DNA of 64,000 bases from the NCBI RefSeq assembly GCF_004353825.1, contig NZ_SMNA01000004.1:372001-436000 (forward strand), given 5' to 3'. The translations under genes and the position numbers were made by a program. The notes beneath the pieces are model-generated. The model had not been told where the DNA came from. It saw nothing but the letters and a program-made list of their open reading frames with translations, and did not search any database. Source of the stretch: Occultella glacieicola. Its GTDB lineage: Bacteria > Actinomycetota > Actinomycetes > Actinomycetales > Beutenbergiaceae. Shown here piece by piece: positions 52,017-60,705 of this stretch (the first letter of the stretch is position 1; each line of letters opens with the position of its first letter).

Positions 52017-53474
52017 ATGACGACCAATGACGAACTGGACGCTGCCGTCCAGCAGGCACACCTGGCGTTCCTCGAGGCTCGCAGGGTCGAACCGGGCAAG
52101 CGAGCCAGCTGGTTGGAGGCCATCGCCGACGCTCTGGACGCCGCCGCCGACGAGCTCGTGCCGCTGGCCCAGGCGGAGACCCACCTGGCGCAGGGGCGCC
52201 TGCAGGGAGAGCTGAAGCGGACCACGTTCCAACTGCGGCTCTTCGCCCAGGAGGTCCGACGCGGCGAGACCCTCGATGCCACGATCGACCACGCCGACTC
52301 CGACTGGGGCATGGGGCCGCGGCCGGACCTACGGCGGATGAACGTGCCCCTCGGCGTCGTCGGGGTCTTCGGAGCTTCCAACTTCCCGTTCGCGTTCTCC
52401 GTCATGGGTGGTGACAGTGCGTCCGCCTTGGCCGCCGGCTGCGCCGTGGTCCACAAGATCCACGAGGCCCACCTCCAGCTCGGGCTGCGCACCGGGGAGA
52501 TCGTCGTCGCCGCGCTGGCGCAGGCCGGTGCACCCGGGGGGCTGTTCAGCGCGGTCACCGGCCGGGAAGCGGGCGAGCGACTCGTCGACCACCCGGCGAC
52601 GCAGGCGGTGGGCTTCACCGGATCCACCAAGGTGGGTCTGATTCTCGCGGAGCGTGCGGCCGCCCGGCCCGAGCCGATTCCGTTCTACGGCGAGCTGGGC
52701 AGCATCAACCCCGTGGTCGTGACCCCGCAGGCGTGGTCCGCGCGCCGCCACGAGATCCTCACCGCCTACGTGGGCTCCTACACCCTCGGCATGGGGCAGT
52801 TCTGCACGAAGCCCGGGGTGCTGTTCGTGCCCGAACTCGACGAGGACGGCGCCCGAGTGCTCCGGGAGACCGTGGCCGGGAGCGAGTCTGCGCCCATGCT
52901 CACCTCCGGCCTGGCCGAGGGGTTCCTGCAGGCCCGCTCGGAGATGGCGCAGCGCGGCCTGACCGAACTCGTTGCCGGCGGGCAGGGCGACGCGCCTGCT
53001 CCCGCCCTCTTCACCACCACCGTCCAGGCCGCCGTGCAGGAACCGGACATCGTCCGTGAGGAGATGTTCGGCCCGGCCAGCATCGTCATCCAGTACCGGG
53101 ATGAAGCCGAACTCCATCGTGGCGTCGCGCTCCTGGAGGGCCAGTTGACCACCACGATCCACGCCGAGCCCGGCGAGCAGGTCGCCGACCTGGTGGAGCT
53201 TCTGTCATCCCGATCCGGGCGGGTGATCTGGGATTCCTGGCCCACCGGCGTCACCGTCAGCTACGCCCAGCAGCACGGCGGTCCCTTCCCCGCCACCACG
53301 GCGCCCGCGACCACGTCCGTCGGCACCGCGGCCACCCGCCGGTTCATGCGCCCGGTCTCCTACCAGGGCTTCCCCGAGAGCTCACTGCCGCCGGCCCTGC
53401 AAGAGCGCAACCCCTGGGGCATCTCCCGGCGCGTCGACGGCGAGTGGCACCTCACCGAGCGGGGAGCGAAATGA
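52017..53474 (+). CDS. NADP-dependent aldehyde dehydrogenase (2-ketoglutarate semialdehyde dehydrogenase-like)
   Basis: GASNFPFAFS, FTGS, GELGSINP, GQFCTKPG, EEMFGP, HGGPFPATT. Confidence 0.9.
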   Translation: MTTNDELDAAVQQAHLAFLEARRVEPGKRASWLEAIADALDAAADELVPLAQAETHLAQGRLQGELKRTTFQLRLFAQEVRRGETLDATIDHADSDWGMGPRPDLRRMNVPLGVVGVFGASNFPFAFSVMGGDSASALAAGCAVVHKIHEAHLQLGLRTGEIVVAALAQAGAPGGLFSAVTGREAGERLVDHPATQAVGFTGSTKVGLILAERAAARPEPIPFYGELGSINPVVVTPQAWSARRHEILTAYVGSYTLGMGQFCTKPGVLFVPELDEDGARVLRETVAGSESAPMLTSGLAEGFLQARSEMAQRGLTELVAGGQGDAPAPALFTTTVQAAVQEPDIVREEMFGPASIVIQYRDEAELHRGVALLEGQLTTTIHAEPGEQVADLVELLSSRSGRVIWDSWPTGVTVSYAQQHGGPFPATTAPATTSVGTAATRRFMRPVSYQGFPESSLPPALQERNPWGISRRVDGEWHLTERGAK

Positions 53475-54649
53475 CCGCGTCCACCGAACAGGCCGATGCG
53501 ATCCTCCCCACCGACGCCGACCACGCGATCCTGGTCGGCCGGGTCTGGGACCCCGAGACCGGCGGCCCCCGACCGGTCCGGGTCCACGGCGACGACGTCC
53601 ACGACCTGTTCGACGTCGCCCCGACCGTCTCCGGACTCCTTGAGCGCGACGACGCCGTCGACGTCGTCCAGGCCGCTTCCGGCGAACCACGCTGGCGGCT
53701 GACCGACCTCGTCGACGCCTCGCTCGCCCAGGCGCAGGACCGCCCGCACCTGCTCACCCCGCTGGACCTGCAGGTGGTCAAGGCCTGCGGCGTGACCTTC
53801 GTCGACAGCATGATCGAGCGCGTCATCGAGGAGCGCAGCGCCGGCGACCCGGCCCGCGCCCGCCAGGTCCGCGAGACCCTCGCCGCGTCCCTGCACGCCG
53901 AGATCGACACCATCGAGCCCGGCTCGGAGGCCGCCGCCCGGGTGAAGGAGGTCTTCCTCGCCGAGGGCCTGTGGTCGCAGTACCTGGAGGTCGGCCTCGG
54001 CCCGGACCCGGAGGTCTTCACCAAGGCCCCGGTGCTCTCCTCGGTCGGCTACGGCGCCAGGATCGGCATCCCCGCGTTCTCCTCCTGGAACAACCCCGAG
54101 CCCGAACTAGTGCTCGTCGTCGACTCCCGCGGCCGCATCCGCGGCGCCACCCTCGGCAACGACGTGAACCTGCGCGACGTGGAGGGACGCAGCGCCCTGC
54201 TCCTGGGCATGGCCAAGGACAACAACGCCTCGGCCGCGATCGGCCCGTTCATCCGGCTGTTCGACGACGCCTTCACCCCGGACACCGTCCGCACCGAGCG
54301 GATCACCCTGCGGGTCGAGGGCGCCGAGGACGGCTACGTCCTCGAGGACGAGAACAACGTCGCCCGCCTGAGCCGGTCCTTCGAACGACTGGTCGAGGCC
54401 ACCCACGGCGACCACCACCAGTACCCGGACGGCTTCGCCCTCTACACCGGCACCCTGTTCGCCCCCACCCAGGACCGGGGCGTGCCCGGCCTCGGGTTCA
54501 CCCACAAGACCGGCGACCGAGTGACCATCGCCAGCACCCACCTGGGCACCCTGACCAACGAGGTGGCACCGACGGACACCCTGCGCCGGTGGGAGTTCGG
54601 CATCGGTTCACTGGTGGCGTACCTTCACCGCTCACTCACGGGCGGGTAA
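53471..54649 (+). CDS. Fumarylacetoacetate hydrolase-family protein (2-keto-3-deoxy-pentonate dehydratase-like)
   Basis: KACGVTF, EVFTKAP, WNNPEPE, GNDVNLRDVEGRSALLL, TGTLFAP; ATGA overlap. Confidence 0.88.
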   Translation: MTASTEQADAILPTDADHAILVGRVWDPETGGPRPVRVHGDDVHDLFDVAPTVSGLLERDDAVDVVQAASGEPRWRLTDLVDASLAQAQDRPHLLTPLDLQVVKACGVTFVDSMIERVIEERSAGDPARARQVRETLAASLHAEIDTIEPGSEAAARVKEVFLAEGLWSQYLEVGLGPDPEVFTKAPVLSSVGYGARIGIPAFSSWNNPEPELVLVVDSRGRIRGATLGNDVNLRDVEGRSALLLGMAKDNNASAAIGPFIRLFDDAFTPDTVRTERITLRVEGAEDGYVLEDENNVARLSRSFERLVEATHGDHHQYPDGFALYTGTLFAPTQDRGVPGLGFTHKTGDRVTIASTHLGTLTNEVAPTDTLRRWEFGIGSLVAYLHRSLTGG

Positions 54650-54721
54650 TCGCCGGCGACGGCGGAACTCGCCTGGGTCGGTCCACGCACGGTTGTCGGG
54701 GTGGCCGCCTACGTTGGAGCC

Positions 54722-55384
54722 ATGCCCCGACCGCACCGCGTACTCCTCGTCGACGACGACGCCCTGGTGCGCACCGGGCTGCGGCTGATCCTGGACAGCG
54801 CCGCCGACGTCGAGGTGGTCGGCGAAGCCGGCGACGGCGATGAAGTGATCACAGCCGTCCAGGCACACGCCCCGGACGTGATCCTCATGGACCTGCGGAT
54901 GGCCCGGGTCGACGGCATCGCCGCCACAGCCGCCGCCCGGGCCCTCCCGAACCCACCACACGTGATCGTGTTGACCACCTGGGACGTGGACGACGCCGTG
55001 ATGCGCAGCCTGGCCGCAGGTGCCGCCGGGTTCCTGCTGAAGTCCGCGCCACCGCTGGACATCATCCGCGCCGTGCGGGACGTGATGGCCGGCGACGCCG
55101 TGCTCTCCCCGCGCAGCACCCGCCAGGTGCTCGACCACCTGAGCCGCGACACCGCCGGCGCGGAACGACAGCGGGCCGCGGAGGCGATGGCCACCCTGAC
55201 CGCGCGGGAGGGGGACGTGGCCATCGCAGTAGGCCACGGACTCTCGAACGCAGAGATCGCCCGTCGGTTGTTCGTGTCCGAGGCGACCGTGAAGACCCAC
55301 CTGTCGGCCGCGCAGGCGAAGCTCGGGGCGCGGAACCGTGTGGATGTGGCGGTCATGGCTGAGCGGGCCGGCTTGCTGCGCTGA
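54722..55384 (+). CDS. NarL/LuxR-family response regulator
   Basis: LLVDDD, ILMDLRM, GFLLK, LSNAEIARRLFVSEATVKTH. Confidence 0.93.
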   Translation: MPRPHRVLLVDDDALVRTGLRLILDSAADVEVVGEAGDGDEVITAVQAHAPDVILMDLRMARVDGIAATAAARALPNPPHVIVLTTWDVDDAVMRSLAAGAAGFLLKSAPPLDIIRAVRDVMAGDAVLSPRSTRQVLDHLSRDTAGAERQRAAEAMATLTAREGDVAIAVGHGLSNAEIARRLFVSEATVKTHLSAAQAKLGARNRVDVAVMAERAGLLR

Positions 55385-55542
55385 TCTCTCCGGCCACGAC
55401 TCTCAGTGGAGCTCGCGGCGACCGAAGTCACACCTCGTAAGACCCCGGATGTCGGTGCTCCCTGCCATGTTCAGTTTCAGCTTCAGCTTCATATGCAGCG
55501 CTCCGTTTCGGGATGTCGCTCCAGTCAGACAAGGACAACAGA

Positions 55543-56190
55543 ATGACGCAGGGACCCATGCAGTCCGCGGCCCCCGGTTGGTACCCCGGTCCTGACGGGA
55601 CGCAGCGCTATTGGGATGGCCAGCAATGGCTCGCCATTCCGCCGCCAGCGGCGGGCGCACCGCAGAGGAAATCGCCAGCTCGAATGGTGGCCCTGGTGGC
55701 GGGACCGATCGTCGTCGTCCTGCTCGTGGTCGTCGGGCTGCTCATCAAGGCGGACAGCGATCGAACCCAAGCTGCCGCAGAGCAGGCCGCGATTGAGCAG
55801 GCAGCAGCGGAGGAGGCCGCTTCCGCGGAAGCGGCTGCGCAGGAAGCAGCTGAGGAGGAGGCTGCGATCGAGGCGGCTGCCCAGGCGCAGGAGGACGAGG
55901 ACAACGCCGAGCGCCGCGACCGTGAAGCGATGGTGCCTCAGATCGAGGCAAGCATCCAGACAATGGCTGAGGAGCATGTCGATGACGGGTTCCTCGAAGG
56001 TCCGATTCTCTCCGTGACCTGTTCGCCCGTTGGTGGGGGCTCTACGGATGACCTGACCCAACAGACCACGGTCTTCGATTGCTTTGTGGCGAACGAGGAC
56101 AATGGAGATGGGACATTCAGCGGATACTCCTACAACGCCACCATGAATTGGGGAACCGGTCAGTTCACCTACGGGATGGGTGCCCCGTAA
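55543..56190 (+). CDS. DUF2510-domain membrane protein
   Basis: PGWYPGPDGTQRYWDGQQW, one TM helix, Ala/Glu-rich linker; SD AAGGA. Confidence 0.8.
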   Translation: MTQGPMQSAAPGWYPGPDGTQRYWDGQQWLAIPPPAAGAPQRKSPARMVALVAGPIVVVLLVVVGLLIKADSDRTQAAAEQAAIEQAAAEEAASAEAAAQEAAEEEAAIEAAAQAQEDEDNAERRDREAMVPQIEASIQTMAEEHVDDGFLEGPILSVTCSPVGGGSTDDLTQQTTVFDCFVANEDNGDGTFSGYSYNATMNWGTGQFTYGMGAP

Positions 56191-56213
56191 CGAGCGGACG
56201 CCGGAGTAGGAAG

Positions 56214-56654
56214 GTGGCCGAAGTGGGCTCCCGGATCACTGAGGAGGACATCAACATGTTCACGGGCTGCTCATGTCACCTACTGGCCGCCGCTCTCGCG
56301 GCTCGAACAGGGTGGCCCATCATGCTTGTTGCCGACGTCGATGGGCGACTGGGCTGGTTCCACGCCGGCGTCCTCACTCCACAGGGAAGGTTGCTCGACA
56401 TCCGTGGCGAGCACGACGAACACGACTGGCTCGATGAGTACGGGCCCATCGCAGACGCCTACGGCTACGACCTGCAGGTCGAGGATTACAGCTACGTGTA
56501 CGACGGCGACTGCATTCAAGTGTGTCCCGCCACGGCGACCGCTTGGCGCGACGGCAGACTCGGCGAGGTAGTCGACTCAACGATTGCAGCACGCGAGGGC
56601 GAGCTGGTTGGGTCGGTCCTGGCAATGTGCAACGGTCGCATACGACACTCATGA
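56214..56654 (+). CDS. Hypothetical protein with Cys-His-Asp (papain/transglutaminase-like) pattern
   Basis: FTGCSCHLLAAAL..TGWP...FHAGV...LLDIRG. Confidence 0.55.
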   Translation: MAEVGSRITEEDINMFTGCSCHLLAAALAARTGWPIMLVADVDGRLGWFHAGVLTPQGRLLDIRGEHDEHDWLDEYGPIADAYGYDLQVEDYSYVYDGDCIQVCPATATAWRDGRLGEVVDSTIAAREGELVGSVLAMCNGRIRHS

Positions 56655-56728
56655 CCAGAACCCGGCACGATCGGACCGCCCCGGTCGCAGCTAGGAATCG
56701 CATGAGATCGGGCCAAAGAACGGGACGA

Positions 56729-57619
56729 CTAGGGTCGGCTGCCGAAGCGCTCGAAGCGCCAAGAAAGGAGGTCGCGGCTTGGCCGGTCCCTCCGTCTGGG
56801 CGGAAGGTGGAGCCGCCGGCCATGCATCTCCTGGAGTCCGTGCTTCAACATCGGACCGTCGATCTCAGCGAGCAGGTCATGCGCGATGCGCACTTCATAG
56901 TCCGCTGTCACGCCGAGCATGTTCTGGTCGTACGCGGCGTGGTGAATCTTGCAGAGCGCGAGGCCGTTGTCGACGGTCGGCACGCCGCGTGCGTTGCTAT
57001 CGGGAACGATGTGGGCGGCGTCCAGGAGTGAGCCGTGCTTGAGTTCACAGATCGCACACTGTGTCTCGTAGGCAACAAGGACGCGCGTCCGGAACGCTGG
57101 TTGGTGGAGTCGCTGCCGAGCGAGGCGGAGCGCGTACTCGCGTTGGGGAGTTGTGAGGTGTCTCGGGTTCGCAATGAAGGTGAAGGACTCATCGAGAGCG
57201 ATAAGGAACTGTCGGTTCTCGGGTTCGTCGTCCACGACGTAGACCGGTAGAACCGGGGTGTAGATATTGGCGATCTCCTTGCGGAAGAGGATGAGTGGCA
57301 TGCCCGTTTCCATCGCGTTTCGGAGCTTGCGATTGTCGCCTGACCAGGGATCACCCTTCCGATACGCGTAGTGGAGCAAGCCGTCATCAGACTCGGTGTC
57401 GTCGTATGGCCCGTCCGCGGCACTGACGATCGACAGTGTGCTCGCGAATGAAGCAGGATTCCGGATGCCGCGCGAATAGTCGATGACGGGGAGGCGCTCG
57501 CCGTTGAGATGGAAGTCGAGCAGTTCGTCGCGGAAGAGGAAGCCTCCGTTTTGTTCGGCGCGTTCGCGCACCCAATCCATGGTGCGTAGGCGTAGTGCAG
57601 CCTCGACGACGGAGTCCAT
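56729..57619 (-). CDS. HNH endonuclease with SRA-like N-terminus (putative modification-dependent restriction enzyme)
   Basis: YDD..LLHYAYR..DNRKL; FRTRVLVAY, CAIC, LDAAHIVP, NGLALCKIHHAAYD. Confidence 0.85.
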   Translation of the reverse strand: MDSVVEAALRLRTMDWVRERAEQNGGFLFRDELLDFHLNGERLPVIDYSRGIRNPASFASTLSIVSAADGPYDDTESDDGLLHYAYRKGDPWSGDNRKLRNAMETGMPLILFRKEIANIYTPVLPVYVVDDEPENRQFLIALDESFTFIANPRHLTTPQREYALRLARQRLHQPAFRTRVLVAYETQCAICELKHGSLLDAAHIVPDSNARGVPTVDNGLALCKIHHAAYDQNMLGVTADYEVRIAHDLLAEIDGPMLKHGLQEMHGRRLHLPPRRRDRPSRDLLSWRFERFGSRP

Positions 57620-57778
57620 GGCCGTACCTCACCAGAACCGGCGTCGGCGCGCAACCAGCCCTTCGTGATGCGTTCGTGGCTGCCAGGAGACCAGGCATTT
57701 GGACTGGCTCTGGACCACTTTCTTCGAGTGGAGTCCACTCCGAGCAGGGTCAGCTCAAGTCCTTCTCGACAAGCGAGC

Positions 57779-58090
57779 TCAGTCGCTTGACGGCGGTACC
57801 CGGAAGGCCCTGACCTCGATCCGGCCGCCGAGGGCCTTCGATGTGCACGCGGCCCAGTCAAGGGCGGTGCCCTCGCCGGCTACGTCGATCACCCAGAAGC
57901 CTCCGAGGTACTCGGGAGCCTCGACGAAGGGGCCGTTGACTGCGCTTAGCGACTCGCCGGTGTTGTCGACGGTGATCGCGCTCGAAGGCGGCATCAGCCC
58001 GCCGCGAAGGCGAAGGCGCCTCTCGACGTGAGTTCCTCGATGATCGCACCGGTGGCGGCCATTGCCGCCACGTGCTCGTTTCGGTCCATG
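57779..58090 (-). pseudogene. YciI/DGPF-family pseudogene
   Basis: GAFAFAAG then frameshift (~58000) to LMPPSSA...GPFVEAPEYLGGFWVI...IEVRAF; N-terminus missing. Confidence 0.75.
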
Positions 58091-58119
58091 GTCTCCATGG
58101 TCTCCATGGTCTCCATGGC

Positions 58120-58340
58120 GGTCGTATGGATCCATGCGCTCCTCGTCGTAGTGAGCGTGATACCAGAGCCGGTCGGAAGCAGAGCGGTCAGGAAGGCTGT
58201 GGCCTCCGGACCGAGGCAGGCAACCGGCGCGTTCGGGTCGACAGACTTCGGGGTGTCCACGTTGAGCAGTCGGAAGCGGCGCTCCGCGCCGTCGACGACG
58301 AGCGCAGCTACGACGACCTTGATGACAACTGACGAGGTGA
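58120..58340 (-). pseudogene. Thermonuclease (SNase) fragment
   Basis: FRLLNVDTPKSVDPNAPVACLGPEATAFL, then YDEERMDPYDR in a shifted frame. Confidence 0.7.
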
Positions 58341-58787
58341 GCGAGGGCACGGCGAGTCTTCCTGGACGCAGTGATGCCCCCCCAGTCCGGAACCTTATGG
58401 TCCGGACCACCGGGCGGGAGCGGAGGATGGGGCATCAGCACCCAAAGTCATGTGCGTACTGCAGCCCGCCGGTGTCAGTGGTGTGTCAGTACTCCGGGCC
58501 GAGGGGTGGGCACGGTCCCGCTCGAGGATCAGCTCGCGCCACTGGCGTCGCGGTAGAGACGCCTGATCGACTCATGTGGTGATCGCGTCGCCGCCGACCG
58601 GCGCTGGTCCCGCGGTCGCGCTGGTGCAGGACCGGGCGGGGCTCGCCGGCCCACGCTCGGGGCTGCTGCTCCACGCCGGTCCCCAATGTCTGCCTTACTG
58701 GTCGACACCCCAGGTGCGCGGGCGGATCACCAACAGCGGTCCGCCGATCGACCGTGGTTCCCGTGCGTGCAGAGGTGCATCTGCGCT

Positions 58788-59645
58788 ATGAAGGCAGGCG
58801 TGGAGGTCATCAAGTATGCCGAGTATGTTGACTACGACCGCCGGCGGCAGGAGGCGAACACGGCAATCAACGCCATGTTGGCTGGGTGCCGGCTGGCGAG
58901 CCACTTCCTCGCCCTGACGCACGGTGCGACTCGACCCCTTGGTGAGATCTTCCCGAACATCCCGCGAATCCGGTTGTTCAACCTGCGTACCGACGTGGCC
59001 AGCGGTGTTCTGGATGACGCCGAGCACCATCTCGGGCTGATGGCGGTGCCCCTCGTCCAGGCCATACATGAAGACTTCGGCGTGGGCTGCCTCAAACTTC
59101 TCCGCTTATACGGTCTGATCTCGCGCGACGATTTCAAGAGCGCGAACGCAGGGAACCTTCATGACCGGTTCGAGAGCGCTGCCGGCACCAGTCTGGAAGG
59201 AGAGGCCAAGGAGATCTACCAACTGCTGAGGTTGCTGCGGAACTCCGTCGTCCATCGCGGGGGCACCGCAAGCCTAGGGGTCGAGGAGGCGTGCGAAGTC
59301 TTCTCGTCCTCGGCCTGGGCCCTATGGACGAAGGTCACTACCCAGGCCGCGCCCGTCTACGCCAAGGGTGAGGTCGTCCGCCTGGGATTCTCCGAGACGA
59401 TCGCGGCACTCGCCGTCACTAAGCGCCTGGCCCGGCAGATGAATCTCGCCCTCGGTACGGCGCTCCCGCGAACCTTCTGGCTCGACCGGCTCATTACCGA
59501 CTTCGTCAAACTGCGCGGCGTGCCCCCACAACCAGCTAAGCGGATCGAAGTCGCCCACCGACTGGGGCGGTTCAACTATGCACCGTTGGGCTTCGACCGT
59601 GGAGAAGTCGAGGCAGAGTTGCGCCTTCGCGGCCTGGTGCAATGA
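58788..59645 (+). CDS. Helical protein with HEPN-type RxxxxH motif (start uncertain)
   Basis: YQLLRLLRNSVVHRGG; located in the defence island. Confidence 0.65.
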   Translation: MKAGVEVIKYAEYVDYDRRRQEANTAINAMLAGCRLASHFLALTHGATRPLGEIFPNIPRIRLFNLRTDVASGVLDDAEHHLGLMAVPLVQAIHEDFGVGCLKLLRLYGLISRDDFKSANAGNLHDRFESAAGTSLEGEAKEIYQLLRLLRNSVVHRGGTASLGVEEACEVFSSSAWALWTKVTTQAAPVYAKGEVVRLGFSETIAALAVTKRLARQMNLALGTALPRTFWLDRLITDFVKLRGVPPQPAKRIEVAHRLGRFNYAPLGFDRGEVEAELRLRGLVQ

Positions 59646-59649
59646 TAGA

Positions 59650-59785
59650 AGAAAGAAAGAACGGGGCTCTACCAGTTGAGCTACATCGACTCGAAGCCGA
59701 CGCTGGGACTCGAACCCAGATCTCCCGTTTGAGTGGAGGCTCAGGCTGCGAACCCGTAGACCCGAAGTCGCCTCCGAACAACTGC
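59650..59785 (-). ncRNA. Circularly permuted tRNA-like RNA (YrlA/Y-RNA-like topology)
   Basis: Minus strand: AACGG-GAGAT-CTGGG TTCGAGT CCCAG-CGTCGGC-TTCGA-GTCGATG-TA-GCTC AACTGGTA GAGC-C-CCGTT; 5' hairpin GGAGGC/GCCTCC, -10-like TAGAGT (59791-59796), 3' pyrimidine tract. Confidence 0.75.
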
Positions 59786-60039
59786 CGCTCACTCTACCCG
59801 ACGACGGGCATCGAGTCCTACCCAGCGTGGCGGCGAGTTCGTGTTCACAGCAGTCCCCTGGTGCCGGTCGACCTGACGGCCCCGGCTCAGCTACCACTGG
59901 GTGCAGGTTGGCTGCTGCGATGCCTCGCCAACTCACTCCAACCGTTCCGGGGGTGGCCGCGCTTCGGTCACTGCTGGCAGTAGCTCTTTCCCATGGCTAC
60001 TCGGATGTGTCCGGATACCAGGTGGTCAGATCGCCGCCC

Positions 60040-60308
60040 GGGGCGAGACACAAAGCCGAGGAGGCGGTCGCCGGGAAGGCCTCGGTCAGGCGGAATCGGT
60101 TCGTCATGCTCACCGACGCGACCAAGTCCATCACCCGCGAACTCGAGGTCAAAGCCCGGACCCTGGCCGGGATCAAGGCCTACGTCACGAACATTCCCGA
60201 CCACACCCGACCTCGTGCCGCCGCCGACCCCCTACCGGCCGACCTCCGGCAGGATCCTCGAGGCCATCAAGACCCGAGCCGCTGCGCACTAACCTGGCCC
60301 AACTCAGG
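60040..60308 (+). mobile_element. IS1634-family transposase C-terminal relic with putative right end
   Basis: KAEEAVAGKASVRRNRF...LAGIKAYVTN, AADPLPADLR...AH*, end CAACTCAGG. Confidence 0.7.
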
Positions 60309-60339
60309 TCAACTAACTAGCCGGGCTAATGTCAACCGG

Positions 60340-60640
60340 AGCCAGAAGGGCACGGTCCCCCGGCTCCTGCACCGAAGGCTTCCCCTGGAGAGCGCGGGAC
60401 ATCACCCAACGAATGGGCACGATCGACACTGGCCTCCAGCGTCTGAAGAAGGACCGCGCAACCCTCGACGATGGCGAGTACGAAAAGCGGGTCCACTAAC
60501 TAGCCGGGCTATTGTCCGAGACGTGGGAGCGCGTGACGTCGGAGATCGTCAACAAGGTGCACGACCGGAGCGCCTCGCAAGTGAGGTCGATGATGGTGCG
60601 GATGCTCGCCAGTATCACCGAGCAGGACCAGGTTTCGCAG
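60340..60640 (+). pseudogene. Gene fragment, possibly the C-terminal part of a large AAA-family ATPase
   Basis: Hand translation FPWRARDITQRM...YEKRVH*LAGLLSETWERV...VRSMMVRMLASIT with TAA at 60497-60499; family from recall only. Confidence 0.35.
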
Positions 60641-60705
60641 TCTAGAGACACCAAGAGGCGAGGCCAAAGGCAGCCACAGTCACCCTCCTCTTCCGTGCCG
60701 GTCTG

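Noticed and set aside
55470..55492. TTCAG 6-bp-period repeats as an island att site
   Set aside because: Short microsatellite with no second copy or integrase in the window.
58085..58118. 9-bp tandem TCCATGGTC (reads METMETMET) as a functional element
   Set aside because: Lies at the junction of two pseudogene fragments; most simply slippage debris.
59660..59729. Ordinary functional tRNA gene
   Set aside because: Halves are in reversed order; no anticodon loop or CCA end.
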